A stretch of DNA of 64,000 nt from an uncultured Dehalococcoidia bacterium. GTDB taxonomy: Bacteria > Chloroflexota > Dehalococcoidia > DSTF01 > WHTK01. Positions 49,583 to 59,317 of the stretch are shown piece by piece. Both the position numbers and the translations under genes were made by a program. A model generated the notes under the pieces. That model was not told where the DNA came from and did no database searches. It worked only from the letters and a program-made list of their open reading frames with translations. The stretch is from assembly GCA_964422735.1 (NCBI GenBank), contig CAYRCD010000005.1:13039-77038 (forward strand), in the 5' to 3' direction. The number at the start of each line of letters is the position of its first letter. The stretch's first letter is position 1.

Positions 49583-51556
49583 ATGCGGATGGTTGAGATA
49601 GCGCGCCGGGCAGCTCGGCCTTCGGGACGCGGCGCCAGCATGGCCTTGGTCCTCGCCTGCGTGGCCCTGACGCTGGCCGTCGCGCTGCCGGTCTTGGCCG
49701 CTGGACGCTCCCGCCTCACATCGGACGAGTCTCTCTACACCGCTGAAGCACTGAACATCGCCACGGGCAGGGGCCTTACCTACACGACGGGCACGCCCAT
49801 CAGCCATCGCGCCCCCCTCTACCCCGCGATCCTCGCCGTTGAGCTAAGAGCAGGCGGCCTCTCACTCGACCGGGCTTACCTTGTACCCGGCCTTGCGGTC
49901 GTGGCAAACGCCCTCCTGGTGTTCTGGCTAGCGCGGAAGCTGTTCGGCAGCCTTGCCGGCATGGTCGCCGGGACGCTAGCGGCATCTTCTCCTTACGTCT
50001 CCGGCCTGGGCACCACCCTTTTCCTCGACGGACTCGAATCCACTTTCATCCTGGGATCGCTGATCGCGTACTGGCGGGCGTGCGAGGCCCCAAGCCTCGG
50101 CCGTCACGTCGCGGCCGGCTGCCTGCTGGGGATCGCATTCCTGATAAAGGAGTCCGCGCTCCTCCTTTTGCCACTGCCCCTCATAATGCCGCTCCTGGCC
50201 GGAAGGCAACGGGGCTGGCGGGCGGGCATTGCGGGCTGGACCACCGGCTTCGTCGCCGCGACGGGATGGTGGTGGGCATGGGTGCTCTGGCACACGCATG
50301 CTGTCTACCTGCTCGGTTCTGTCAACGATCAACACACGCGGCTTGCCGTGGCGACGGCGGCCGCAGCCGTCGCGGCGGTCGCGGCCGCCCTCTCGCGCGC
50401 AGGCCGGGAGCTTCGCCCCCGCCCGAGCGCCTGGACGAGAGTGACCGCCTGTGTGCTCTTCGCGGCCTGGGCCGGCATCTTCATTGCCGGCCTCGAGTGG
50501 CAGAGTTGGCAACACCCAGGCACGTATCTGGCAGACGTCCCCGATTACGCGATGAACGTCCTCCTGCCCGCTGTCAGGCCGGCGCCGCTGTTCGCCGCCG
50601 CCTGGCTCTGGGCCGCGGTCAGCGCCGCCCGGGGTGACCGCGGCGCGGCCTTGATCGCCGCGGCCGGAGGATTGGTCCTGCCCTTCGCCGTGTTCGTCGC
50701 CAGTCGCGGCCTTTCGCTGCGCGACATGCTGCCCCTGATCTACCTGTCCTGCGTGGTCCTGTCAGGCGCGGCGTCGCGACTTGTAGCTTGGGGCGAGAAG
50801 CTGGCCCGAGAAGGAGACACGGCCTTTCCCGCCCGGGCGGGCCTGGCCGTCGTCGTGGCGTCCATGGTGACGATAGGCCTGCTGGGTCTGGGCCGCGTCG
50901 ACCGAAGCAGCGCGACCAGCCCCGAGGGCGACTGGGACAACGAGCTTGCCCATAGCGTCGCCGACTGGCTGGATGCGAACGTGCAACCCGGCACGTCAAT
51001 CATGTCTACACGGCTTTATTACTCGCATGTCTACTTCCTCACGGGCGGCCGTTACCCGATACGCCAGCTGCCGACCGCCGAAGTGACCCTCCGGCCTCAA
51101 GGCCCCTCGCCTCTTGCCCGCCGTGGCGCCTTGTTTCGTTGGGAAGGCCCCCGGCTGGGAGCTAACTCGCCGGATGACGTCTGGCTCTACCTGACGCTGT
51201 ATCCGGAGAAGGGTTATTACGTGGGCCTCGCGGAGTCAGACCTGATCCATGAGCTCAAGCGCGATGGCACCGGCTATCTCGTGGTCAGCGTAAGCGACGC
51301 GGGCTTCAGCTCGCCGGCGCTCGTACCCTACTTCGATCAAGACCCTGCATTCAGCAAGGTCTTCGAGCGGCGACTGTCGGACGCGGACGCGGTGAGGGTG
51401 TACCGGGTCAACCTCGAGGCACTGGGGCCTGGGCATCGTCCGACAGCCGTCAGCGCGGCTGCGCTGGGGAGCATCGAGGGCCGGCTCGGCCCGGACGGGG
51501 CGGCAGGGTTCCTGCGTGGCCTCAGTCCCTCGGGATTCGAGGTGTGGCCCTGGTGA
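49583..51556 (+). CDS. ArnT/PMT-like (GT-C) membrane glycosyltransferase
   Basis: SDESLY, HRAPLYP, GIAFLIKES; many TM segments and a soluble C-terminal domain. Confidence 0.75.
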   Translation: MRMVEIARRAARPSGRGASMALVLACVALTLAVALPVLAAGRSRLTSDESLYTAEALNIATGRGLTYTTGTPISHRAPLYPAILAVELRAGGLSLDRAYLVPGLAVVANALLVFWLARKLFGSLAGMVAGTLAASSPYVSGLGTTLFLDGLESTFILGSLIAYWRACEAPSLGRHVAAGCLLGIAFLIKESALLLLPLPLIMPLLAGRQRGWRAGIAGWTTGFVAATGWWWAWVLWHTHAVYLLGSVNDQHTRLAVATAAAAVAAVAAALSRAGRELRPRPSAWTRVTACVLFAAWAGIFIAGLEWQSWQHPGTYLADVPDYAMNVLLPAVRPAPLFAAAWLWAAVSAARGDRGAALIAAAGGLVLPFAVFVASRGLSLRDMLPLIYLSCVVLSGAASRLVAWGEKLAREGDTAFPARAGLAVVVASMVTIGLLGLGRVDRSSATSPEGDWDNELAHSVADWLDANVQPGTSIMSTRLYYSHVYFLTGGRYPIRQLPTAEVTLRPQGPSPLARRGALFRWEGPRLGANSPDDVWLYLTLYPEKGYYVGLAESDLIHELKRDGTGYLVVSVSDAGFSSPALVPYFDQDPAFSKVFERRLSDADAVRVYRVNLEALGPGHRPTAVSAAALGSIEGRLGPDGAAGFLRGLSPSGFEVWPW

Positions 51557-51660
51557 CGCGCCGCGGGAAGAGGGTTTCCCTGCATGCACCAGGACGTGGT
51601 GTTGCCGATCCTGTTAGTGAAGGACCGGCCGAGGCCAGGCCGACAAGGAGGTAATCAGCC

Positions 51661-52683
51661 GTGAAGCTAATCGTCACAATTCCCGCTTACGACGAAGAGC
51701 AGAACATTGCCGAGGTCATCCGCGAGATACCGAGGCGCATCCCCGGCATCAGCCGCGTAGAGGTGCTGGTTGTCGACGACGGTTCGCGCGACGAGACGGT
51801 GGCGACCGCTCTGGCCGCCGGCGCCGACTACGTGGTCAGCAACGCCCTGAACCGGGGCCTGGCTCAGACATTTCGGCGGGCACTCAACGAAGCTCTGGTC
51901 CGCGGCGCGGACATCATTGTCAACACCGACGCCGACAATCATTACGATCAGACACGCATGCCCCAGCTGATAGCCCCGCTCTTGCGCAACGAGGCCGACC
52001 TCGTGGTCGGCAGCCGAGTGCTGAGCGCGCTCAAGATGAAGGCCGCCAACAAGCACGGCAACCGGCTCGCGAACTTCCTTATGCAGCGTCTCTTGAAAAT
52101 CCCCGGCATCGACGTCTCATCCGGGTACCGCGCCTACACCCGGGAAGCGGCCATGCGCCTCAACATCCTCTCCAACCACACTTACACGCACGAGACGCTG
52201 TTCAATGCCCTGGACCAGCAGCTGCGGATCGTCAGCGTGCCTCTCGAGGCCCGACACGTCGAACGGCCTTCGCGCCTGATCAAGAGCCTCCCCAGGCACG
52301 TCTGGCGCGCGGGCGGCGTGATTCTCAAATCGCTCCTGCGCTATCGCCCTCTCCAAGCCTACGGCACGGTTGGAGCATTATTCGCTCTCGCCGGCAGTGT
52401 GCCATTCGCTCGCTACCTCTATTTTGTCGCCCAGAGTCAGAGCGCCGGACACGTGCAGTCGCTAATCGCGGGCACCGCGCTCCTGTTTCTGGGCATACAG
52501 TCCGTCGTGGTCGGCTTGCTCGCCGCATCGATCGGCTGGAACCGTCAGTTGATGGAGGAGATCCTCTACCGGATGAAGGACGATTCGACGCCGGCGCCTT
52601 CGGCCGAGGTCATCGCCTTCCCGGCACCTCGTGAGCGGGTCGCGACACCGGCCAGCCACAACCGAAGAGCCAGGGCAGCCTGA
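51661..52683 (+). CDS. glycosyltransferase family 2 (polyprenol-phosphate sugar synthase-like)
   Basis: IPAYDEE, VVDDGSRD, NRGL, NTDADNHY, D.SSGYRAY, two C-terminal TMs; AAGGAGGT RBS. Confidence 0.9.
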   Translation: MKLIVTIPAYDEEQNIAEVIREIPRRIPGISRVEVLVVDDGSRDETVATALAAGADYVVSNALNRGLAQTFRRALNEALVRGADIIVNTDADNHYDQTRMPQLIAPLLRNEADLVVGSRVLSALKMKAANKHGNRLANFLMQRLLKIPGIDVSSGYRAYTREAAMRLNILSNHTYTHETLFNALDQQLRIVSVPLEARHVERPSRLIKSLPRHVWRAGGVILKSLLRYRPLQAYGTVGALFALAGSVPFARYLYFVAQSQSAGHVQSLIAGTALLFLGIQSVVVGLLAASIGWNRQLMEEILYRMKDDSTPAPSAEVIAFPAPRERVATPASHNRRARAA

Positions 52684-52709
52684 GCGATTACTCCCTGGCG
52701 CGCGTCGTT

Positions 52710-53240
52710 CTAGCCGACAAGAAGGAAGCGGTGGCGACGGCGTTTGAAGACCTCCCGCGCATCGATGATGACGCTTCTGACCTTATCGGACCCGGCCGAC
52801 GCGACGAATTTCTCGATCCGTTCTTCGTAGACCGCGCCATCCTGCCGTGCCAGCCGGCGCCACAATGTCGCGATCTCTTGCTGCGCGGCCGCGGCCACTT
52901 CCGCGGACTCGATAAGCTTCACCTTTAGCTCGTCGCGCTCGCGCTGAACCTTCTCGGTCCGCACCAACACGCTCTCAAGCTCCCGCATGAGGCGAGTATT
53001 TAGGTCCGTCGGCTGCGCGGCCGCCCCGACAAAGATCGGTATCACGCGGTAGGCGCCCGAGTCCTCGCGGCGGGCGAAGACCCTGCCATCCGAGATCAGC
53101 CGGCGAACCGTCGAGACGGAGACGCCGAGCACAGCGGCGGCCTCCGCGAGAGTCAGCGCCGGACCCTCGCCGCCGAGCACGAACCGCGCCCACAGCCTCG
53201 GGCCAACGATGTCCAGGCCGGCGCTCTCGTGGCTTTCCAA
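52710..53240 (-). CDS. HTH (MerR/excisionase-like) DNA-binding protein with coiled coil
   Basis: LTLAEAAAVLGVSVSTVRRLISDG; GAGGAG 7 nt before TTG 53240. Confidence 0.7.
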   Translation of the reverse strand: MESHESAGLDIVGPRLWARFVLGGEGPALTLAEAAAVLGVSVSTVRRLISDGRVFARREDSGAYRVIPIFVGAAAQPTDLNTRLMRELESVLVRTEKVQRERDELKVKLIESAEVAAAAQQEIATLWRRLARQDGAVYEERIEKFVASAGSDKVRSVIIDAREVFKRRRHRFLLVG

Positions 53241-53280
53241 GTCCACACTCCTCGCTTCCAAGCGATCCCGCCTGTTAAGA

Positions 53281-53307
53281 GAATCGGCGGCGGCGGGCGG
53301 AATCTGA
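53281..53307 (-). promoter_or_regulatory. sigma28-type promoter
   Basis: TCAG-N15-GCCGATTC on the minus strand, 40 nt upstream of the HTH gene start. Confidence 0.55.
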
Positions 53308-53416
53308 TAGGCGTGGATACGCGAAGGGGACGGCCTCTGACCCGCGTGGACGATTTCCGGCGGCGGCCATGGGCACCCTCTTGAAGGCCAGGTCTCAGAT
53401 TCCCTAGGCCCAAACC

Positions 53417-53443
53417 CCAAGTTTCGCCGATAGGTGCCGAAGC
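53417..53443 (+). promoter_or_regulatory. sigma28-type promoter
   Basis: CCAA(GTTT)-N15-GCCGAAGC, ending 8 nt before ATG 53452. Confidence 0.55.
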
Positions 53444-53451
53444 TATGTTTG

Positions 53452-56148
53452 ATGAGATCGCTTCCCGCCGCGGCCGGCTTGATCCTGGCCTTGTATCTGG
53501 CCGTCCGAGGCGTGGCGCCGCCGGCGCCGGAGCGGCTGCATGTCGCGGTCATTGCCGCGGAATCGTACGACGGCGCCCTCATGATCGACTCCGACGTCGA
53601 GGACCAGACGCGCCGCGCCGGCCTCATCGTCGTCGGCCGCGTGGCCAAGACCCAGGCGAAGAGCATCCCAGGTAGCGTCGAGACGACCGTCACCGTGGAC
53701 GTGGAGCGTCCACTGAAGGGCACTGCCGGCCCGACGGTTACCTTCACTCTTCCCGGAGGCGGAATCGGCAACCTGCACGTCTTCGCCGCGGGCGTACCGA
53801 ACTTCCTGCCCGGCGAGCGCGTCCTCCTCTTCATGCGCGGCCCCAACGACCCTCGCCTGGTGCAGATGTGGCAGTCGAAGTTCTCGCTGGCCGGAAACGA
53901 GGCGGTGCAGCTCGAATCGAAGACCAGGATGCCGATCGCGGACATGGAGCGGCGCGTGGGCAACGTCACGGGCCGGACCGCCTTCATCGGCGCCTCGTCA
54001 GACACGGTCTCCGTCATCGGCTTCACCACCTTCTGCCTGCCCTGGAAGTCGGCTGACCTTCCGGTGCCGTTCGAGGTGACATCGGCGAATCCGGGGGCTG
54101 GTGGCGCTACGGGCGTGAACTTTACCCGGCTCGCGTACGATTCCTGGCACAACTGGCAGGCTTTACCCGACTCCTTCCCTTCGTTCCGCTATACGGGCAC
54201 GGCGACGCACGACCCCAACAACCACAGCGATGGGTTCAACACGGTTTCTTACACCGACCTCGACAGCTGGGGCAGCGGGACGATCGGCATCAACTTCTGC
54301 ACCACCAACGCCACCGAGCGCATCGATTCCGACACGTTTATCGACAATACCGGCTGGACCTGGGACTGGGACGACAGCAACGGCATCACCGGGGGAACGC
54401 TCGCCGAGCAGTCGACCATGGAGCACGAGTTGGGCCACGGCCTTGGCCTGGGCCACAGCGACGCCACATGCGACGGTACTGCGGCCACGCCCCTCATGTG
54501 CCCCGTCGTCATGACCGGGCAGCGCAAGATCATCCTCGCCGACGACCAGGCCGGCGCGGCCGCCAATTACCCGCTCTCCGGCGCATCCCCGGGAGCGCCC
54601 GGGAGCGTAGCCGTGATCGCCGGCTCCGGCTCTAACACGGTCCAGTGGACCACGTCGTCGGGCACGCCCTTCGCGTACGACGTCGAGCGCTCGGGCGCAG
54701 GCTGCGGCGGACCGTTCAAGTCGATCGGCACCGCCCAGCGCAGCGTCACAAGCTTCGTCGATAACGACTTCGGCGCCGGTCTGGGCGCCGGTCCCTACTG
54801 CTACCGCATGAAGGCGCTCGGCCAGGGCGGCGATTCGCCTTACTCGAACACTGCTTCCGTCGGCGGCCCATCGCCGACCCCCACGCCGACCGGGACACCC
54901 ACACCAACTCCCACCTTGACTCCCACACCAACCGCGACGAACACACCGTCTCCAACGGCGACGCGGACGCCGACCGCCACGGCGACGGCGACGGCCACGC
55001 AGACGCCCGTGCCTCAGTATGGCGTCACCTGGGGCGCCCACACGACGCCGGCGTCGCTCCTCGCGGGCTCGACGAACTTCGTCAACCTTACGTTCACGAA
55101 CGCGGGACAGCTGACATGGCAGAACAGCGGCGCGAACCCCGTGAGATTCGCCTATCACTGGAAAAACGGCGCCTGTCCGGGCTCGACAACGGCAACGTGG
55201 GATGGCGTACGGACGAACCTTGGCGCTCCGGTGAGCACGGGCGCGATCGTCTCGGCCCTGTCCGCCCAGATCAACGCCCCCGCCGCTTTCGGGACGTACT
55301 GTCTCGTCTATGACCTCGTCCGTGAAGGCATCACCTGGTTCAGCTGGCAAGGCGCTAACACCCTGGCCGTCACCGTGAATGTCACCGCGCCAACCTACGG
55401 CGTGTCGTGGGGATCGACCTCTACGCCGGCGAGCCTTAACGCCGGCGTAACCACGAACGTTACGATCTCGTTCACCAACATCGGCATGCTGACCTGGGAC
55501 CCGGGCGGCGGCAATCCCGTGCATCTCGCCTACCACTGGAAGAGCGGCGCCTGCCCCGGCGGTGCAACCGCGGTCTTCGACGGACGGCGCACCAACCTGC
55601 CGGCTAACGTCGCCCCCGGCGCCGCGGTGAACAACCTATCGGCGCAGGTTATGGCGCCGTCATCGTCCGGCACCTACTGCCTGGTCTACGACCTCGTGCG
55701 CGAAGGCATTACCTGGTTCAGCTGGCAGGGTGCGGCCACGCTGACGCGGACGATAACGGTGAATGCGCCCGCGTACGCAGTTTCCTGGGGCGCGGACACG
55801 ACGCCCGCCTCCATGCAGGTCAGCACCGACAACGCCGTGACGCTGACATTCACGAACACGGGATCACTGACCTGGGATAGCCTCGGGGCGAACAGGGTCA
55901 ATCTCTCCTATCACTGGAGGAACGGCGCCTGCCCCGGCGGGTCGACGGCGGTGTGGGACGGGTTAAGGACAGGCTTGCCCGCGGACGTTCCCAGCGCCAA
56001 TACGGTCACCAACCTGAACGCGACGATCCGTGCGCCCACGGCGGCCGGGACCTACTGCCTGCAGTTCGACCTCGTGCGCGAGGGCATCACCTGGTTTAGC
56101 TGGCAGGGCGCCGCCACTCTGGCACGCACGGTAACAATCACACCCTAA
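53452..56148 (+). CDS. secreted metzincin (M10/matrixin-like) metalloprotease with FN3-like domain, Pro/Thr linker and three Ig-like repeats
   Basis: Signal peptide; HELGHGLGLGH and Met-turn LMCP; (TP)n/(TA)n linker at ~54868-55010; three 126-aa repeats. Confidence 0.82.
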   Translation: MRSLPAAAGLILALYLAVRGVAPPAPERLHVAVIAAESYDGALMIDSDVEDQTRRAGLIVVGRVAKTQAKSIPGSVETTVTVDVERPLKGTAGPTVTFTLPGGGIGNLHVFAAGVPNFLPGERVLLFMRGPNDPRLVQMWQSKFSLAGNEAVQLESKTRMPIADMERRVGNVTGRTAFIGASSDTVSVIGFTTFCLPWKSADLPVPFEVTSANPGAGGATGVNFTRLAYDSWHNWQALPDSFPSFRYTGTATHDPNNHSDGFNTVSYTDLDSWGSGTIGINFCTTNATERIDSDTFIDNTGWTWDWDDSNGITGGTLAEQSTMEHELGHGLGLGHSDATCDGTAATPLMCPVVMTGQRKIILADDQAGAAANYPLSGASPGAPGSVAVIAGSGSNTVQWTTSSGTPFAYDVERSGAGCGGPFKSIGTAQRSVTSFVDNDFGAGLGAGPYCYRMKALGQGGDSPYSNTASVGGPSPTPTPTGTPTPTPTLTPTPTATNTPSPTATRTPTATATATATQTPVPQYGVTWGAHTTPASLLAGSTNFVNLTFTNAGQLTWQNSGANPVRFAYHWKNGACPGSTTATWDGVRTNLGAPVSTGAIVSALSAQINAPAAFGTYCLVYDLVREGITWFSWQGANTLAVTVNVTAPTYGVSWGSTSTPASLNAGVTTNVTISFTNIGMLTWDPGGGNPVHLAYHWKSGACPGGATAVFDGRRTNLPANVAPGAAVNNLSAQVMAPSSSGTYCLVYDLVREGITWFSWQGAATLTRTITVNAPAYAVSWGADTTPASMQVSTDNAVTLTFTNTGSLTWDSLGANRVNLSYHWRNGACPGGSTAVWDGLRTGLPADVPSANTVTNLNATIRAPTAAGTYCLQFDLVREGITWFSWQGAATLARTVTITP
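55018..56145 (+). repeat. three intragenic tandem repeats, 378-bp period
   Basis: Units start at 55018, 55396 and 55774; each has YHWxxGACPG and YCLxxDLVREGITWFSWQGA. Confidence 0.92.
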
Positions 56149-56172
56149 ATTCTTCCCTCCCCCAGCCGAGAA
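56146..56172 (+). promoter_or_regulatory. sigma28-type promoter
   Basis: TAAA-N15-GCCGAGAA; the TAA is also the protease stop codon. Confidence 0.6.
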
Positions 56173-56262
56173 TCCAACAAGGAAGCGCATTCGGAAGGAG
56201 CCGCCGATTCCCTTTGGGTTGCCCTCAGCATCTTCGTCTAGCGCCGCAGACTAAGACCTGAC

Positions 56263-57381
56263 GTGCGCGTCGGCATCGTTTCTTACGACTTCTTCCCTGC
56301 CAGGGGAGGCCAGGGCCGCTTTACTCGCGACCTCTGGGACAACCTTTGTCAGATCGCGGATTTGGAGCTTCGCGTCTTTTCACCCGCGGCGAACAGTCTC
56401 GCCGGCCATGTGCGCGTCGGAGCATTAGCATCGCTCGGCCGCGGGCCGGGCTTCTCTCTCGTACCTTCGTGGAACCTGGACCGCTGGGCCGAGGAATACG
56501 CCATCGACCTGTTCCACCTCAATGGCGGGCCGGGCGGCGTGCTTTTGCTGCGCCGACCGCACGTCCCTTATGTCTACACGGCGCATCACACTTACGCTCA
56601 GCAGGCGCGCCTCGTGCCCGGCCAGTCCTGGAAACGCGTCCTGGCCCAGGTCGAAGCTCGCGGGTACCGCGGCGCCCTCGGCGTTGCCGCCGACACCGCG
56701 TCTACTTCCGCATCCTTGACCTCGGAGCTTGGCGTGGCGCCCGAAAGGGTGACCGTCATCCCCAGCGGCGTGAATCACCGCGAATTTCGACCCCGCAACA
56801 TCTCGCGACTTAAGGACAGCGTCCTCTTCGTCGGCCGCCTCGACGCGCGCAAGGGTCTGGAGTTCCTGCTCGACGCCTGGCCCATCGTACTCGCCGCGAA
56901 GCCTTCGGCTCGTCTGTACGTCATCGGTGACGGTCCATTACGGACAAGCGCCGAGCGCCGGGTCACGGATCTTGGGCTCGGCGGCACGGTCGCCTTTCTA
57001 GGACGCGTCGCCCAGGACAGGATGGCCACCTGGTATAACCAGGCGACATGCGTAGCCGTCCCGTCCATATTCGAGGGCTTCGGCCTGGCCGCGGTCGAAG
57101 CCATCGCCTGCGGGACGCCGGTGGTCGCGAGCGACGCCGAAGGTCTCCGAGACGTCGTGGTGGACGGAGTCGACGGCCGCCTTGCCCCTTACGGCGATGC
57201 GGAGGCGTTCGCCGAAGCGCTCATCGACGTGATCGCCCGGGGCCGCCGGCTAACGCCCGCCCGGGTCGCCGAGGTGCGGGCGATGTATGACTGGCCCGCG
57301 GTGGCCGCCCGCTATTGTCACCTGTATTACTCCGCGGCCGGATGGCCGCGAATAGGTGCCTCGATCGAGAGCGCAGCTTGA
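56263..57381 (+). CDS. glycosyltransferase family 4
   Basis: LFVGRL..RKG, EGFGLAAVEAIACGTPVVAS. Confidence 0.92.
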   Translation: MRVGIVSYDFFPARGGQGRFTRDLWDNLCQIADLELRVFSPAANSLAGHVRVGALASLGRGPGFSLVPSWNLDRWAEEYAIDLFHLNGGPGGVLLLRRPHVPYVYTAHHTYAQQARLVPGQSWKRVLAQVEARGYRGALGVAADTASTSASLTSELGVAPERVTVIPSGVNHREFRPRNISRLKDSVLFVGRLDARKGLEFLLDAWPIVLAAKPSARLYVIGDGPLRTSAERRVTDLGLGGTVAFLGRVAQDRMATWYNQATCVAVPSIFEGFGLAAVEAIACGTPVVASDAEGLRDVVVDGVDGRLAPYGDAEAFAEALIDVIARGRRLTPARVAEVRAMYDWPAVAARYCHLYYSAAGWPRIGASIESAA

Positions 57382-59309
57382 CCGCTGCTCGGACCATATC
57401 GCGGTCTGGGCCACCGCCCGAAAGGATCCTCGGGCTGTTCGTGAGCACGGTGGTCAGCATCGTGGCGTTGTCGCTCGCCGCGGTCCTCTTTCCTTCAAGC
57501 TTCTCGCTGTTCAGGGCCAATGGCGTCCTCGCGGGCTTCGAGCAGGAACACCTTGTCCTGGCGCGCAGTCTTGCCCAAGGCCACGGGCTCTCCATCGACG
57601 TAAGCGGCCTGAATCCCCTGTACGGGGGCGACCACCGGGCCCTTTTCGATGGCCGGCTCGTCCCGCGAGGCACGGTCCTCCCTTATCTCATCTACGCCGT
57701 CCCGTTCCTCGTGTCTGACACGGCCTGGATCGTTGTAACACCGGCGTTTGCGGTGCTCGCCGTTCTGGCCGCCGGCCTCATCGTCGAGAGCCGAACGGGC
57801 AGCCTCGCCGCGGCCGGCGGAGCTTGCCTGGCCCTATTCGCGGCGTCGCCATTCTTCCTGGCCGCGAGCGGCATTGCCTACGAAAACATGATCGCCCTTG
57901 CTTTCCTCCTCTGGGGTATCTACTGGACGGACCGGTTCACCCAGCGACCCCGCGTCGCCACTGCCGCCGCGGCGGGACTCATGTTCGCCGCCGTGGCCAT
58001 GACGCGCGCCGACTATGCACCGGCGCTTCTCCTCTTCGCGGGGTTTCTTGGCGGCTGGTGCGCGCTGCGGTGGTGGCGCAGTGATCCTCGCCGAAATACG
58101 GCCCTCCTCGGTTCGATCGTGGGAATCACGATCGGAGCAAGCGGGATCGCGGTTGACCTCGCGACAAACTACCTGGTGACCGGTGATCCGTTGCACACCG
58201 CGTATGGTCCGAGCGCCTGGCAGGGTTCCGTCAGCGGCGTCGCATCAAATCTGGAAGTCTTTTCGCTCGATGATTTCGTCCGGCAGGCGCGATATTTTCT
58301 CTGGGATATCGGCCGGCCTTCAACCCTGCTGCTTGGAGTCGGTATCGCTGGCATCGCGGTCCGCCGCGGCCTCACCGGCGGCGAGCTCATCTTGTTTGGA
58401 CTCGGCGGCTTTCTGATCTACTTCGACCTCGGCAGGCCGGGGCTCCATGCCACCGACGCCGCCGTTCTCATGTCGAGTCCGCCGCGCTATCTCCTCCCGG
58501 TGTATGCGACCGGAATCGTCGTCGGCTTCTCAGCCCTTCCGTCTTGCCTGCCGCGTAAACTTTCCGTTCTGCCGCTGGTCACTCCGACCATCCTGATGTC
58601 AGTGGCCCTTGTCGCCTCCGTCCGTGGCCTCCAGGAGGCCTACGAACCGACCTACGGCATACCTCGCGTAGAAAGGATCGTCACTCGCTCTCGCATCGCG
58701 CATGACTTCTCGAAGACTCAGCCAGACGCTCTGTTCGTGGGCGACCTCGATACTCGGGGTATCATCGTCACCCAACGGATCCTGGTGCCACGCCTGGCCG
58801 GCGACCTGGAGCAGGTCACCGCCGCGGTCCGTAACGAGATCGCCTCGGGGCGCAGGGTCTTCGTCGTCGACGACCCGCGCCAGCTTGTGGGGCACCCTGA
58901 TTACTCGGGATATCGAGAGGCGATCCAGGGAGCGGGCATGTTCATCTGCAGGGGCAAGGATTTGGCCCTGCCCTCTGAAGTGATCGGCGACATTCCCGGG
59001 GCAGCGCGACTCATTGCCAGTCTCACCATCCCGACCGATGGCGCCAGCGTGCTCACACCCGCTCTCACCAGGGACACGCTCTATTACTTCGGCGTGAGCG
59101 GCACTTTCACGTACAACGCGGCTGGCGCCAAATCCGACGGCGTGGACCTCGCGGTCGACCGCAGGAGGACAGCGCCCGTGCCTTCCCCCGACCACCTGTA
59201 CTGCAAGAGCTATATCGGGACCGGCGAACCGGCGGTGGTCGGCGTTTTCGACCAATCGCGGTCAGACAATGTCGGCTCGCTCAACGTCGTCATCTATCGG
59301 GCGGACTGA
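57378..59309 (+). CDS. multi-pass membrane protein, probable GT-C glycosyltransferase
   Basis: Many TM segments, PRYLLP motif, soluble C-terminal domain. TTG overlaps the upstream stop. Confidence 0.6.
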   Translation: MTAARTISRSGPPPERILGLFVSTVVSIVALSLAAVLFPSSFSLFRANGVLAGFEQEHLVLARSLAQGHGLSIDVSGLNPLYGGDHRALFDGRLVPRGTVLPYLIYAVPFLVSDTAWIVVTPAFAVLAVLAAGLIVESRTGSLAAAGGACLALFAASPFFLAASGIAYENMIALAFLLWGIYWTDRFTQRPRVATAAAAGLMFAAVAMTRADYAPALLLFAGFLGGWCALRWWRSDPRRNTALLGSIVGITIGASGIAVDLATNYLVTGDPLHTAYGPSAWQGSVSGVASNLEVFSLDDFVRQARYFLWDIGRPSTLLLGVGIAGIAVRRGLTGGELILFGLGGFLIYFDLGRPGLHATDAAVLMSSPPRYLLPVYATGIVVGFSALPSCLPRKLSVLPLVTPTILMSVALVASVRGLQEAYEPTYGIPRVERIVTRSRIAHDFSKTQPDALFVGDLDTRGIIVTQRILVPRLAGDLEQVTAAVRNEIASGRRVFVVDDPRQLVGHPDYSGYREAIQGAGMFICRGKDLALPSEVIGDIPGAARLIASLTIPTDGASVLTPALTRDTLYYFGVSGTFTYNAAGAKSDGVDLAVDRRRTAPVPSPDHLYCKSYIGTGEPAVVGVFDQSRSDNVGSLNVVIYRAD

Positions 59310-59317
59310 TTCCTACC

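Noticed and set aside
53241-54152. Long N-terminal part of the 480-aa minus-strand ORF
   Set aside because: Antisense shadow of the protease gene; only 52710-53240 has a recognisable domain and RBS.
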